A stretch of 64,000 nucleotides of DNA, taken from positions 3,596,001-3,660,000 of the forward strand of contig JAYWIR010000002.1 in the NCBI GenBank assembly GCA_036172245.1, read 5' to 3'. The DNA comes from Raillietiella orientalis (lineage: Eukaryota). The position numbers were made by a program, and so were the translations under genes. Positions 13,101 to 24,800 of this stretch are shown here, piece by piece; the stretch's first letter is position 1, and every line of letters begins with the position of its first letter. Below the pieces are notes generated by a model that saw only the letters and a program-made list of their open reading frames with translations, did not search any database and had not been told where the DNA came from.

Positions 13101-14399
13101 AGCATCGATGACGGGATCGTCCGGGGGTGGAAATTCCTCCTAGCGCCTACACGGAGGCACGCGCTTGGCGAGTGGCGCGCACGGCCTCCTTTTCTTCCTG
13201 CTGCACGACGGCCTCCCCCTCTCCACAGCTGGATACGCGGTGAGCCCGCGCGAGAGGACTCTCTCAGCTCGAGGAAGGTCTGCGGCAGCGCGCCTGTGCC
13301 GCCTCCTTGGAGTGAGCTCGCGTCTCGCCCGGGACTTTCCTGAGATCGACCTGGCTGCCCCCGAGTCTCGTTGTCTTTCGCAGCAGCGAACCTTCTACTA
13401 CCTCCCTCCCGGCTCCGGAGGGCAGTCGAGGTTCTCGGCAGCCCCCGTCCCGAAGGCGGGATCACAGGGACGCGGGAAGAGGTCCCCGCTCCCAGGTATC
13501 TCCCTGGACCCCCTGCTTTACCTCCGGGCTTTCGCCTTCTCGTGGGAAGGGACGCTGACTGGACCTTCCGGGCACTTCGCCTAACGGGAGGAACAGAAGC
13601 GTCGGCTCTTCCGGTCGAGTCGGCTCTTCAGCGCCTCGGACGTGCGAGGCCTCCACTGCTGCGCCTTCCTCGAGAGACGGGGAAGGGTGGGGGGGACGAA
13701 GGTGAGGATGAGAAGGGAGAACGCGCATCTATGTAGGGAGCGCCTGAAGTGGCGGCAGCTGTAGCCAGAAATACGCGCGCGTTTCCGGGGGCGATGCTCC
13801 TCATCGTCCCTGAGAAGGCTGAGGACAGAACCGCGGCCGAGTCTTCGATCGACGGTTCCCTCGTCCGCTGGAGGGATCCGTGGCTGTTTCAAGGTGGGAA
13901 AGTCTTCAGCAAGGGATACTGGCTGAGGACGATCGTGGAACCATTCCCGACGGTTCCCGGAAACACTATCGAGGAGAAGGAGAGGAGGGAAAATCCCAAA
14001 GGAGGCGGTGGGGCCCTCGCGGGAAGGGGGGAGAGCAGGCGCGTCATCCTCTGCTTCTGGACGGAGCCCGCTCTTTCCGTGGCCTTCGACTCCTCCGGGG
14101 CCTCCCTGTCAGTCTTCCCAAGAATTCACACACCCAGTCCTGAAAACACGGCCTGCTAGTGGGGTCATTCGAGCCACGCCGTGCTGATCGCGCGGGCGGG
14201 TCCAGTACGACGCGAAGAGGCAGGCCTGTCTCATCCCATGAGGTGGATCCGAAGCTTGGGAGGGCCGCGGGGCCGAAATAAAGCGGCGCGGCGCGTCCTC
14301 CCGCACCGTCGAAACGGGGAACGCGTGCTATCTCTTCCCGAAACGAAGCGAGGAGGAAGGCGAGAGGATCTCCCCCGGCCCCATTTCTTCCTCTGTCCT

Positions 14400-14600
14400 C
14401 ACCCCACTCTCTGCTCTACTTTATCCCGTTACCGACCGATTCTCGCTCCACTCCACCTCCAGCCCCCTCCACTTCAATTCGTCCTACTTCACCCCCACCC
14501 CACTTCACCCAAGTTTATTCTTTCCCCACCCCATCCCGATCTTTCCTCACCCCAGTTTACGTCACTCCGGCTTACTCTGTCTCTTCACTCAACTTTGTCC
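14400..14600. repeat. Degenerate pyrimidine-rich short-unit repeat (CACCC/CACTC/CACTT-like)
   Basis: Recurrent ccact/cttca/cacccc units with very few G on the + strand. Confidence 0.5.
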
Positions 14601-17179
14601 CGCGCGCCCTCATCCAAAGGGTTTGACCCTTCCAAGGGGCATCCGATCTCGCCAAAAGAGGCAGGGCCGACCCCCGGCAGCATTCCTAAGGAGACCTCTC
14701 CTCGGCCCAGAGAGAGGAGAGGGCACGTGTCCCTTCTCCTGGCTACCTGGGCATCGGGGAGAACCCGAGCAGGCGGTGCCACCGGACAACCTCGTACCTG
14801 GCGACAGGGGTCCGCGTGTCTGGACGGCTACCTGCACTCCCGGGCTCTTCCCTGGATTTTCCGGGGGGCTCCTCGAGGGTCCTCGAAGTATCCACCGCCT
14901 TCGAGGGGCTCCGCCGCATCAGAGGGGTTCTTTCCTCCCTTATTTCATCTCTCTTCGCTCTTTCCCCGCTGCGGGTGCCACGGTCGGTGCGAGTGCCAGA
15001 GACCCGAGCACCCTACCCTCCGCTCCATCTCCGGTGCGCGTGCATCCCGGAATTCCCGCTGCGTGACCGCTGCTCCTCTCGTCTCTCCTCTTTTCCTTTA
15101 TTCTGAGCTGACCATCGAGGAGGAGACAGGAAGAAAGGGGAGCAGAAGTGGACAATGCGGGCGCCAAAAAAGAAAGAAGAAAAAAAAAAAGGGGGAAAGG
15201 GGAGCGTGGGAAGAGATCAGGCACCCTCTCGGAACTACTGGCCGTCAAGGCCAGAAGGAGATGGAGTTCGGGCCGGGGTCCAGAAAGAGAGACCTCGTCG
15301 GCGCGACTTCCCCCGACCCGTGGTGCGGGTGAGAGCGCGGTGAGATAGAGAGGCGTGCTCTGGCGGACCTGCCGAAGCCCTGCCGATTCAGGCGCGCTCT
15401 GGCGGGGATGCCGGCAGCGATGGTGGCACTCCAGGAACTCGGTTCTGCCGGTGCCACCGGCTATCGGTCGCAAGAAGTCCGTCGTCTCACCGTCCAACGG
15501 GGGCAGAGCTGGCTGCCGCATCGAGAACGAAAGGCAGCGCACGGAGCGAGTCATCTAGCGGCGTACCCTGCACCTTTCTTGAAGCTGCCGACGTGCTCTT
15601 CGGGGAGGGGAGGGGTTGCGGTCTGAGAGATCACCCCTTCTTCCTCTCTTCCTTCACACAATTTCACTTGCACGTGAGGAGGAAGGAAGGGGTGGGAAGT
15701 GGGGCGGACCGAACGGGATCTCCTGTTCCCCGTGCCGCCGAGGATCGTCTTCCTTTCTAAGCGTGACGTGGCTGCGTTTGATGCAAGGGGAGGTGCAGAG
15801 CACTCTGGTCCTCTCTGGGGGAGGGAAAGGGGGGCAAGCGATAGGTACCTCCGGAGAGGCTCTTTTCTGGCTTGTGCCTTTCTTCTGTATGTGGAAACGA
15901 GAGCGGGTCGACAAAAAGGAAGTGCCTTGACGACAGGATGACGAGGAAACGGGGGGATCACTCATGATTTCGTCTGGAGGGAGGGTGGGCAGATGGATTG
16001 GGGGAGGGAGGATTAGAAGAGGAAGATGGAGGGTGGAAAAGAGGACGCTTCCGTTTTCTCAAGGTCGTTTCACTTTTACTCGACGGGCCGTGCACCTGAC
16101 GGTCCCACCGGCCCTCTGTCGGAAGAGAACGCAACCGAGCGTGCTTTCTCCGCGGACCGCCACGCCTGTCTCGGCGCTAGGGACGCGGCACGGCGGCCTC
16201 CTCCTCCCTTTCCCTTCATCCCGAGTGCCTTCCGCGTTCCTCGCTTGCTCGCTTTTTGCGTCACCGTGCTCGACGCGGCTGTTTTTTCCTTCTTCCCTTC
16301 CTGTCGCTGCTTTCACATGACTCACGGCACTCTCTCTTGCGCACGAGCGCGTGCGCGCTTCGTCCACGGATCGCGGCATCCGCCCTGTCCTGCCCTCCTC
16401 CCCCTCTTCGCCATCCAACGTTTTTTTTTTATCCTTCTCGGCGGTGATCAGATGCGGAACAGGGGGCATGGATGGGGATTGGGGAGGCGGGGTGGCATGC
16501 GCGGCCACTCTGATTCTTTCTCACGCTCACAGAGGAAGGCGGGCTGTCACGAGAAAGATGTGAACCTGGTCGTCTGCGGGTGCTACAGACGAAACCGCTT
16601 CCGCTTTGATGAGGGAGATCCGCAAAGAATGGCGGCGAAGGAAGGGGGGTTGAACGAAGAGGATAAACCAGGAACCAGCATCCACGTATCTATATATAGG
16701 TGCTCCATTTGTGGCGCTGCTGCTTGGGTCCACCTGCACACTTTCGAGATTATCCTCTTTTCCGCGTGTGTGCATTTCTCCCCCCCCCCCCTATCCCTCC
16801 CCCCGCTGCTCTCCTGTCGCGTCGAGAACGCGGGGGTGCATCTACCCAGAGTTCTCGAGTGCGGGAGGCGCATGCGCGCCGGCGTCCTCTTGACGTCGAC
16901 GGGAGGCGCTGCCGAGAGGAGCGGAACGTGGAAAAAGGAAGGCGAAGGAGAGGAAAAAAAGAAAAGGAAGGAAAAGAAGGAAAGATGGAGAGGCTTTTCG
17001 CGCGAGCCGAGCCGCGAGGACGTGGAGGGAATTCTCTGCGGGTACAAGAAGAGCGACGAGGACGGAAGGCGGAAAAGGGAGGCGAGAGAGGGACCGGGTG
17101 GGGGGGAGGCAGGTGACTCCGCACGTTCCTCTCTTGGGAAAGAAAAGAAGAGGAAAAGCGGGGCGAGCGAAGGGACAAA

Positions 17180-17560
17180 CCCGCTCTGCCGCGCGCGCAA
17201 AAGTACCTCCGCCGCCGCCTGCAAGTACCGCCGGTGCGCGCGCGCGCCCTTCGCTGACCGCGGCCGGGATGCTCGGCTACGAGTCGGCTGCGAGGCGAGT
17301 TCGACGGGAGCGCTGCGAAGAGCAGGGGCAGAGATGGCGCGAGGCGGTCACGCGTACCGTCGATCCGATCCGATCGCGTTTTACCCGGCGGTGCTGCCGG
17401 GAAGTGCCTGCCGTTGCTCGGCGTTCTCGGACTAGCCCGCGCGCCGGCCGACGACGACGACGCGCGCACTCCCCTCGCGTGTGCGTGCCCTGCGTACTGC
17501 GTGTGTGCGTGCGCGGCGCGCGTGTGCGCGCCAGTCACCACGTTCTGCTACTGCTGCTTC
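17180..17560 (+). promoter_or_regulatory. Probable promoter/5' region of the plus-strand BCL11-like gene
   Basis: Very CpG-dense segment with alternating purine-pyrimidine tracts (17461-17530), ending at an Inr-like CCAGTC (17531-17536) about 290 nt upstream of the ATG at 17826. Inferred from position and composition. Confidence 0.35.
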
Positions 17561-17668
17561 ACCACTACCGCCGCCGCCGCCGCCACCACCTCCGCCGTCG
17601 CCACCACCACCACCGCCACCACCGCCACCACCGCCACCACCACCACCGCCGCCGCCGCCGCCGCCACC
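17560..17668 (+). repeat. Interrupted (CCG/CCA)n trinucleotide repeat in the putative 5' leader
   Basis: About 36 triplets: caccactaccgccgccgccgccgccaccacc...gccgccgccgccacc. Confidence 0.95.
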
Positions 17669-17825
17669 TTCCGCGCCCCTCATCTTCTTCCTTGTTCCCC
17701 CCCCCCTTCCCCCCCCCCTCCTCCTCCTCCTCCTCCCCCTCTCTGGAGAGGACGGCGACGAAGAGATGACGATGTGTGCCACCGCCACGTCCTTCGCCAG
17801 CATGAGATGACGGACCCACACGGAC

Positions 17826-17877
17826 ATGTCTCGCAGAAAGCAGGAGAACCCTCAGCCCCTCAAGCGTGTGCACTCCG
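17826..17877 (+). CDS. BCL11A: BCL11-like gene (paralog A), coding exon 1: NuRD-interaction peptide MSRRKQENPQPLKRVHS
   Basis: gacATG TCT CGC AGA AAG CAG GAG AAC CCT CAG CCC CTC AAG CGT GTG CAC TCC G|gtgagt. This is the BCL11-type MSRRKQ N-terminus with a canonical donor. The phase-1 end joins in frame to the exon at 29005. The symbol denotes the family, not strict orthology. Confidence 0.9.
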
Positions 17878-18399
17878 GTGAGTAGGGATTTCTGACGAGG
17901 CAGCAGCAGATGGGTTGCTTTCGCTCGGAGCGGGTGCGCGCTTGCGAGCGGGAGGAGGAGCTGGGAGGGGAGGGTTAGACTTCCCTCCGGCTCTGTTTGG
18001 TTTTCCTCCCCGAACACGGAGCGGAGAGGCTCGCGCCTGCCTTCCTTCGGGTCCCCTCTGAGGTGCGGCCGACCCGGTGAGTTCTCCCCCTGCTTTCCTC
18101 CTCGTCCCACCTCCCGTCCGCTCTGGAGGAGTGCATCGACACGACCCACCACCACCACTTCCGGTCCCGATAAGCTCGAATCGATCCGTGCAAACAGCCG
18201 GCTTGGGCTCGCGGTTCATCCGGTAGGGCGTGTGTGATCGACCCGCTTTCGCTCGTTCTTCTCGCCCTTCCATGCCCATCGTCCTCTGCGCACTCTTTTC
18301 CGCCTCCTCCCTCCTCACGGCCTCCCTGGGGAGTGGGAATCTCACGCAACTCCTACCCCATTTCCCGGGAATCAAGACGACACCGAACCGTTTCGGGAA

Positions 18400-18800
18400 A
18401 CGCTCCGGAGAGAGCGCATCGTGGTCCGTGATCAGACTCCTTATCGGGACCGGACAAGGGATAGTGACTTCGAGGAAGGGATTTAGGAAATGAAAGCGAG
18501 GAGGAAGGGTGGGCGGTGGGGACCGAGGAACACGAGGGCTCATCCCCACCATCTTGGATAGTCGCGAGCGATGGATGCGGGAGCAGATAACGTTCTCGGA
18601 AGGCTCTCAGCCTCCCTGCCTGATTTCTCCGTCTATTCCTTGCTCTTCCCGTCGAGTCGCTGTTGGTCCCGACGGGGCAAGGATCATCGGTACGTCCCTG
18701 GCTGTGGAGGCTGCGGCTGAGGCACAAAGGCGCTCCATCAGGCGGCGGGTTGTGCGATCTGTGTTTGGGTAATCTTTGCACCTCCCTTCCCCCCCTTCTG
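18400..18800 (-). mobile_element. Possible decayed non-LTR retrotransposon AP-endonuclease relic
   Basis: Minus-strand peptide '...RRNQAGRLRAFRERYLL...TIQDGGDEPS...KESDHGP' loosely resembles the APE motifs N..G.RL..F, LN.G.PT and SDH.P. Weak. Confidence 0.25.
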
Positions 18801-21800
18801 CTTTGCCTCTTCGACGCAGGCATCACGAGGCAGATCCGACTTGATTGCTGCGGGCATTGCCAGTTCTTCTTCCTGCCTTGAGGTTTTGATGACAAGGGAG
18901 AGGGAAAGTTCAGGAAGTGGAAAGAAGAAAGAGAACCCTCTCTTCTCCTGCAGGGAGCTTAGCGCGCTTCCGCTTACGGTCGCACCATTTTTCACGCTCT
19001 GCAGCCTCCTGTATCATCGGCGGTCACGTGACCTCGAGCAAGCTGGATGACCAAAATAGAGCGGGAGGGGCAGCGAGTGGGGTCGCCGACACATTCGACT
19101 CCCGGGCTTTCCTCGCATTGCTTTCGGCTCCATCTCCGTGACCATCCCTTCTTTGCGGACCACTGAATCTCCTGAGAGCCCCCCTCCTGGGGGAAAAAAC
19201 AAAAAAACAAAAAAACTACGACAAAACTCTCGAGCCGCGAAAAGCCTTGAAGCTGCAAATCCTTATCCTTTCGTGTCCTTCTTCGTTTCGCTCTCGAGTG
19301 TCCGCGTGATGCCTTCTGTTTCTCCCTCGTCTTGAGTGCTCTTCCGCTTCTTAACGACAGGGTGGAGCTATCGCAGTCACCATCCTTCCCCGCAATATTT
19401 CACCGTGTAGACCCACCAATGAGAAAGCCAGAGATGGTCTGAAGTTTTCGGTGGTCCTGCGAAATCTCGCATCCTGCCTCCCTGAACTTTTCTTACTGCC
19501 AAAGTCTTCGGCAACTGCTACTCGCCCGCTTTGCTCGTGACGATGGCTCGCGTTTTGGAGAGTTCTCTCGCCATATCGCTCGTATGAAAGATTCCACGGT
19601 CTTTCATCTTTGAGGGATCCTCCCGAAGGAAAAAAATAATTTTTCATCTCATCTTCCTCTGAGGATCCTCGGAAGAGCACCGGCAGAATCCTTTGGCTCG
19701 TAGCTTGTCAGTGTACAGAGGAATCCGACGTATTTCTCCGTAGAAGCTTCGTCCTTGCTTTCGCTCTACTTCTCCTTCCCACATTTCTGCCGCGCTCGGA
19801 GAGGAATCTCCAACCAGAAGAGTGGGGGGAAGGGAGGAGGAAGGAGGTTCGGTCGCTCAGTGATTCCTCTGATAGGATTTGCCACGATGCTCCTTTGTTA
19901 TGTCGATGCTCGCCTCGCTGTACAATCTTCAAGAGCAGGAAGGAAGCGTGTACATCCACCGATGTCACTTTCTCAACGAATGAACGCGTACGAAAGGAAC
20001 GATCACTCCTGGCTGCGGTCAGTGCACAAAAAGTGGTGTATGACCTCACGCTAATTATGTGATGCGTTACTTCATTACGGCATTCACATTAGGCAAGAAT
20101 GCGTACTCTGTGTACATAGCGTTTTGCAACGTGCACACCCGACGTAAGGCACCTTCGCGCTGTGTACGGTGTCATTACAGCTTGGACATGAGTGAGTGTA
20201 CAAGCACGCCATTACCATGTTGCTACAAATGAAGAATGCTAATAAATAGGCTTACTTTACCCGTTGGGTGTATGTGGTACGCAACAAATTTTCATATGCC
20301 CTGTTCGATTCAAGGGGGAAGGGGGGGGGGGGGAAGAATCACTACATAAATTACAAAACTCTCCACACAATATCTTCTTGCTAACCTTTACTCTGGGAGA
20401 TGAAGGGAGGGGCAAGAAGCGACAGCAGTACGGCAATGATGGCGCGCTCTTCTCTCTCGAAACTTCTTTCTTGAGAATTCTCCGGAAGTAGATCAAAGTA
20501 ATTCTGATTGGAATTTTCAGGTGGAAAAACCGTCGTTGTTGACAACAAGCACTGCCCCCCTCCCCCTTCGTTTCTTTCAAACTGCAGTCGCTCCAACAAC
20601 GTCAGCAGCACTTCCGTACAACTTGCATGGTTTCTCCCGAATCACTAACATGGCCTCCAATCTTCTAGGAGCTTCGTTCTCCTTTTTGGCAGGAAAAAAA
20701 ACAAAAACACAATATACCTATGCAACCGTGCATATGCATTTCCGTGTGTACGTGCATTCACGTGTGAATAATACATCCTTTCATATGCTTAATCACGTAC
20801 CGGCTCGTGAGACGCCAAAGGAAGAAAAAAAAAAAAAAATCCGTCTCTGTGTATTTTCTATATGTATGCGCGTACTTTCGCGGTCACCCTCGGTCACATG
20901 TGCCAACGTCGCTGAACGTCCGCCTTCAATAGAAATCAGCAGCCCTACTCTTGTGCAGTCCACGGCTTCAGAATCGTTCCCTGATTTCCTCCGAACATTG
21001 AATTCAGGAAGCCTCGTCGAAGTCCCTGTCCCTGCAAGGCACTTCATACCTTTTCCCTCCGCACTGGCTGCACCACGTACAGTACAAAGACGGCTCCCAT
21101 TCATTATTTGATCGTAGTCTTTCCTACAAGCGCTGCTACGGCAAAAGCAGAAAGCGTCGTGGAGTCCCTGATTTCCATGTTCGTCATGTTCCCGGTGGCG
21201 GGAGAAGCGAGGGATGATGGCTTCCCGGTAGGAAGCCTGTACGAAATACTTTTACAGCCGTGATATCAAATTGTGGTCCTAATTGCAAATAAAGCAGACT
21301 GACTTTTTAACTATTCTCGTTACTGCCATTTAAAACGGAATCAAGTTCGGGAAACTTGGAATGCTTTACCAAAGTTCCTCTCGCCACTACGGAGTCGCTC
21401 TGGGAATCATCCGATGGTGTAAATTTCGTTTGAGGGAAGAGCAATAAAACTTTTACGGATTATGAGAAATCGAGTCGTGATCATTACATAGTGATCACGA
21501 CGTAGACGAAATTACATTAAATCCAAGTGAGTTCTTCCTTACTGTGATTTCTGATGAATCTAAAGTAGGACTCGGATTTTTTTTTCACGAACGATTCCTC
21601 GACCTGTCGTTTTCTTCTTCTTCCTCCTCCTCTTCTCCCGAAATGTAAGCTAAGGAGGCGATTTAGGTTGAAGAAAGTGGTGTTAATTTTGCTGCTCCCG
21701 AAAACGGCGACGACAACCCCCCCTTCTTCTTAGAGTATTCTTCGCAGAATTTCGAAAATCCCCATTCAAATCCTTCCTTCCTCTCTCGTCTTCAAGATCC

Positions 21801-24800
21801 ATCGACGCTTCTCGTATTCGGTGTGGATGTTATCCTTTGGACTGCTTGTGAGGAGAGGAACGTGCATGTTAAAACGCCCAGCCAAAAAAAAAAGTGTACC
21901 GTTGTCAAAATGGCGCTTCTGTGCGGTGTTTCCGATTTTTTTTTTTTTTTAAATAGCAACAGAGGGATTCTTGCGTCCCCCTGGCAACGAGAGTCGCTCA
22001 ACAATCGCAAGCTCGAAACAGTGCGTTCTTCGTTGCTATGCATTTGAGTGTATTTATAGAATCGCCTGCGTCCGCTTCCCGTTGTGATGAATCGCAGAGA
22101 GATTCGAAGTGTGTGTGTGAGAGTGTGTGTGTTTTTTTTAATATATAACTGTGTCCCCGCATTCAATCTCCCGTGTGCGCGGTGCAGCATGGAATCGGCA
22201 ACCGATTTATTTTCCCACTTCTCTCATCTCTGAAGCGCACCAGACGGGAAGGCACGGAGGGAAAAAGAGAGACGCACGTTTGGAACACGCTTTGGTCCCT
22301 GAACGTTTCCGACACGCCGCAGTGGCAGAGGCGGGAGCAAACCACCGTCTTTTCCACCATCTCGCTTGCCTTTCTCTCTGGATCCTCTTCCTTTTTTCTT
22401 TTTCGTTGTTTCTTGGACTGATGCGTCGACGAAAGGTTTCTGGGCCACGACCCGCTGAGATCCAGCTGACACCGTCCCCTATCAAGCAGGCAACACGAGG
22501 CAGGGACAAGCGTACTCTGTGCATAGTCAGTGCTCCTCTTCTGTCGGCGAGTGCTGCATCAGGGGTGGAGGAGGGAAGAGAGTGCGGAGAAGAAGACTTA
22601 TTCCTTCTGCCGCGCCACAGCGCCGCCAAAACTCATCCTACTTGACTCAGATGATTCCGAGTACCGTCGTCTTTCCAAAGTGGAGTGCGATTTTTATTTC
22701 CTCCCCCTGCCCTCACCTCTTCCTTTGCCTGCAGTCCGTTATCACGCGAGCGTTTGCCTGTATAAGGGGCCGGGTCCTCAAGTGTGCGCCGTCTTTCGCA
22801 ATTGCAGGAGGCAAGGAAATGTTAATCATGACTATGGAATCAGCAGGTCCTCGGACTCGCTTCAGTCTTTCACCATTTCTCCCCTGACCCCTACCTGCTT
22901 CCCCTCCCCACCTTTCCTTGTTTTCCCTCGCTTCGGTGACTCTTGGTGTCGGATTCCGGCCCTCGGACAAGCGAAGGGACTTTTTCTCGGGAAGACTCTA
23001 CTCGATTTTTGAAGTGCGGATTTTTTTTCTTTCGCGGCGCATGCGCAGAAGAAGAAAAAACGCAGTAGCGAGCTTTGGCTTTCCGCGCCGCTCAGCTGAA
23101 CTGACGCGGAGCGGCGAATGTGGACGGAGGCATCCCTTGGAGAGGAAGAGGGACCGAGGAGGAAGGGAAAGGGGAGAGCTCAAAGCGAGGAATGCAAACG
23201 CCAGCTCGGGGCTCGCGAGGCACCTCGAGGTCCTCTCGACCTTTCGATTTGTCGTCGCATGCCACCTGCTCAGGTGTTGATTGGAGTGGCGGGGAACACC
23301 CTACTCCTATGTTCCCTCAAGGTCCACCCGGAGCTCACGCTCGCCTCGCTTCCGCACCCAGCTGTCCCTCGCCCCTACACTCCTACGAGGTTTCCTTTCG
23401 GGTCGAGGGGTCGTCTGCTTCTTTCTCCTCCCATTGACTCCTTCCTTCGCGTGAAAGTAGCTGTTCCTTTCTTGCCGATGTCCCTCCGGCTTTGCGAGGG
23501 GGGGAGGGCAAGCGGTAGGCTTCTCCCGCCAGATGCCCCTGCAGGATGATCCTGGCGGGTGCCCAGCCCTTCGGGTCAAGGAGGGGGGGAAGGAAAGGAA
23601 GTTTCCAAAGGTCCGGAATCCGTCCTCCTGTCCTTCCCTCTCTCTCTCTCCTGGGAAGGGCTCGGTCCGCGTGGGCGATTCGGGACACGTTCCAGGCGCC
23701 GGGAGCGGCTCGTTTCTTGCCCGGAGAGGAAGGAGGAGAGAGGCGTGGAGCGCTCCTGCCGGTTCTCATCTCACCGAGAGAGACCAGGAAGCGCCACCCG
23801 CGACCTCCGCGGTGCGATTCCCTCTCTCCTGCTCTCAGGAAGCGGAGCCCCTCTCCAAGGATCACCCCAGAACCATATTGGGGACATCCACGTCTTGAGC
23901 TTTGCACCGATCTCTCCCTTTCTCCGAGTGGGGGGTGGGGGTGGGGCAGGGGCTGGTCATTTTTCCTCTCTAGCGTTGACTCTTTCGCCGTGCATCCTCC
24001 TCCTTTCCCTGCGAGGGAAGAGGGAGAAGAGGGAGTCACTCGACCCTCGGCTGCATCGATGCCTCCTCCTCGCTGCTTCCTTCGCCCCTTCTGCTCCCTT
24101 CTTCCTTTCCGTTCCCGTGTGTGGGCAAGGAAAGCTTCTACTACTCTCCCCTCCTCTCCACTCCCTTTTCCCTGTTCCCTCTTCCCGTCCACACACGCAC
24201 AGGTCCCTTTCTCATCTTTGCCTTCCCTCCCCTCCGAGGTCCCTGGCCCGGGTCCATCTCCTCTCCTCTTCCCGTTCGGCAGGGGCCCCGCCTCCCGGGA
24301 ATCGGGTTCCGCGCGCTGCCACGGACGCGGAGGGAGGGAGGGAGGGAGGGGGGAGGGGGAGGAAGGGAGACTTCCTCTGTCCGGTGCGCACGTCTTCGCC
24401 GCCGCCAGTAATTCGCTATTGACCAAACGCGGTTGCATGACCCTTCGGGCTGCCGCGATCGATGCAGGCGCGGCGCCGGTTGCTGTGCCGGACGCGCGCC
24501 TCTCGCCCTTTGGGGCACTTCCGTCGCCGCCTCTGAGGAATCACGCGAGGGCGCTGCAGGCCCCTCCGGGGTCCGGCTGAGTCCGGGAAGGAGGAGGAGG
24601 AGGCGGGGAGAGGGAAGCGCGTTCGCCCAAAGGAGGGAGGGAAGATGCCGCTGCCGAGAGACTTCCGAGACGTCGCCGGCGCCGCTCTCGGACAGCGACG
24701 GAGCCGCAGATGGCCGGCGCCCCGGCCGCCGTTCCCGCCGTTTCCGGGATGCTGACGAGCTCCTTGGCTGCGGCGATCAGGGCGCCCTGATTGGGGGACG

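Noticed and set aside
8708-16525. Su(H)/CSL-type CGTGRGAA sites (~8708, 13541, 15205, ~16518) between the two genes
   Set aside because: Dispersed and unpaired, and not clearly above chance for a degenerate 8-mer over 15 kb.
17481-17810. Poly-Pro / poly-His / poly-Gly ORFs
   Set aside because: These are translations of the CCG/CCA repeat, not credible proteins.
21474-21501. Perfect 10-bp inverted repeat (GTCGTGATCA-N8-TGATCACGAC)
   Set aside because: Too short for a pre-miRNA, and roughly one such hairpin is expected by chance in 64 kb.
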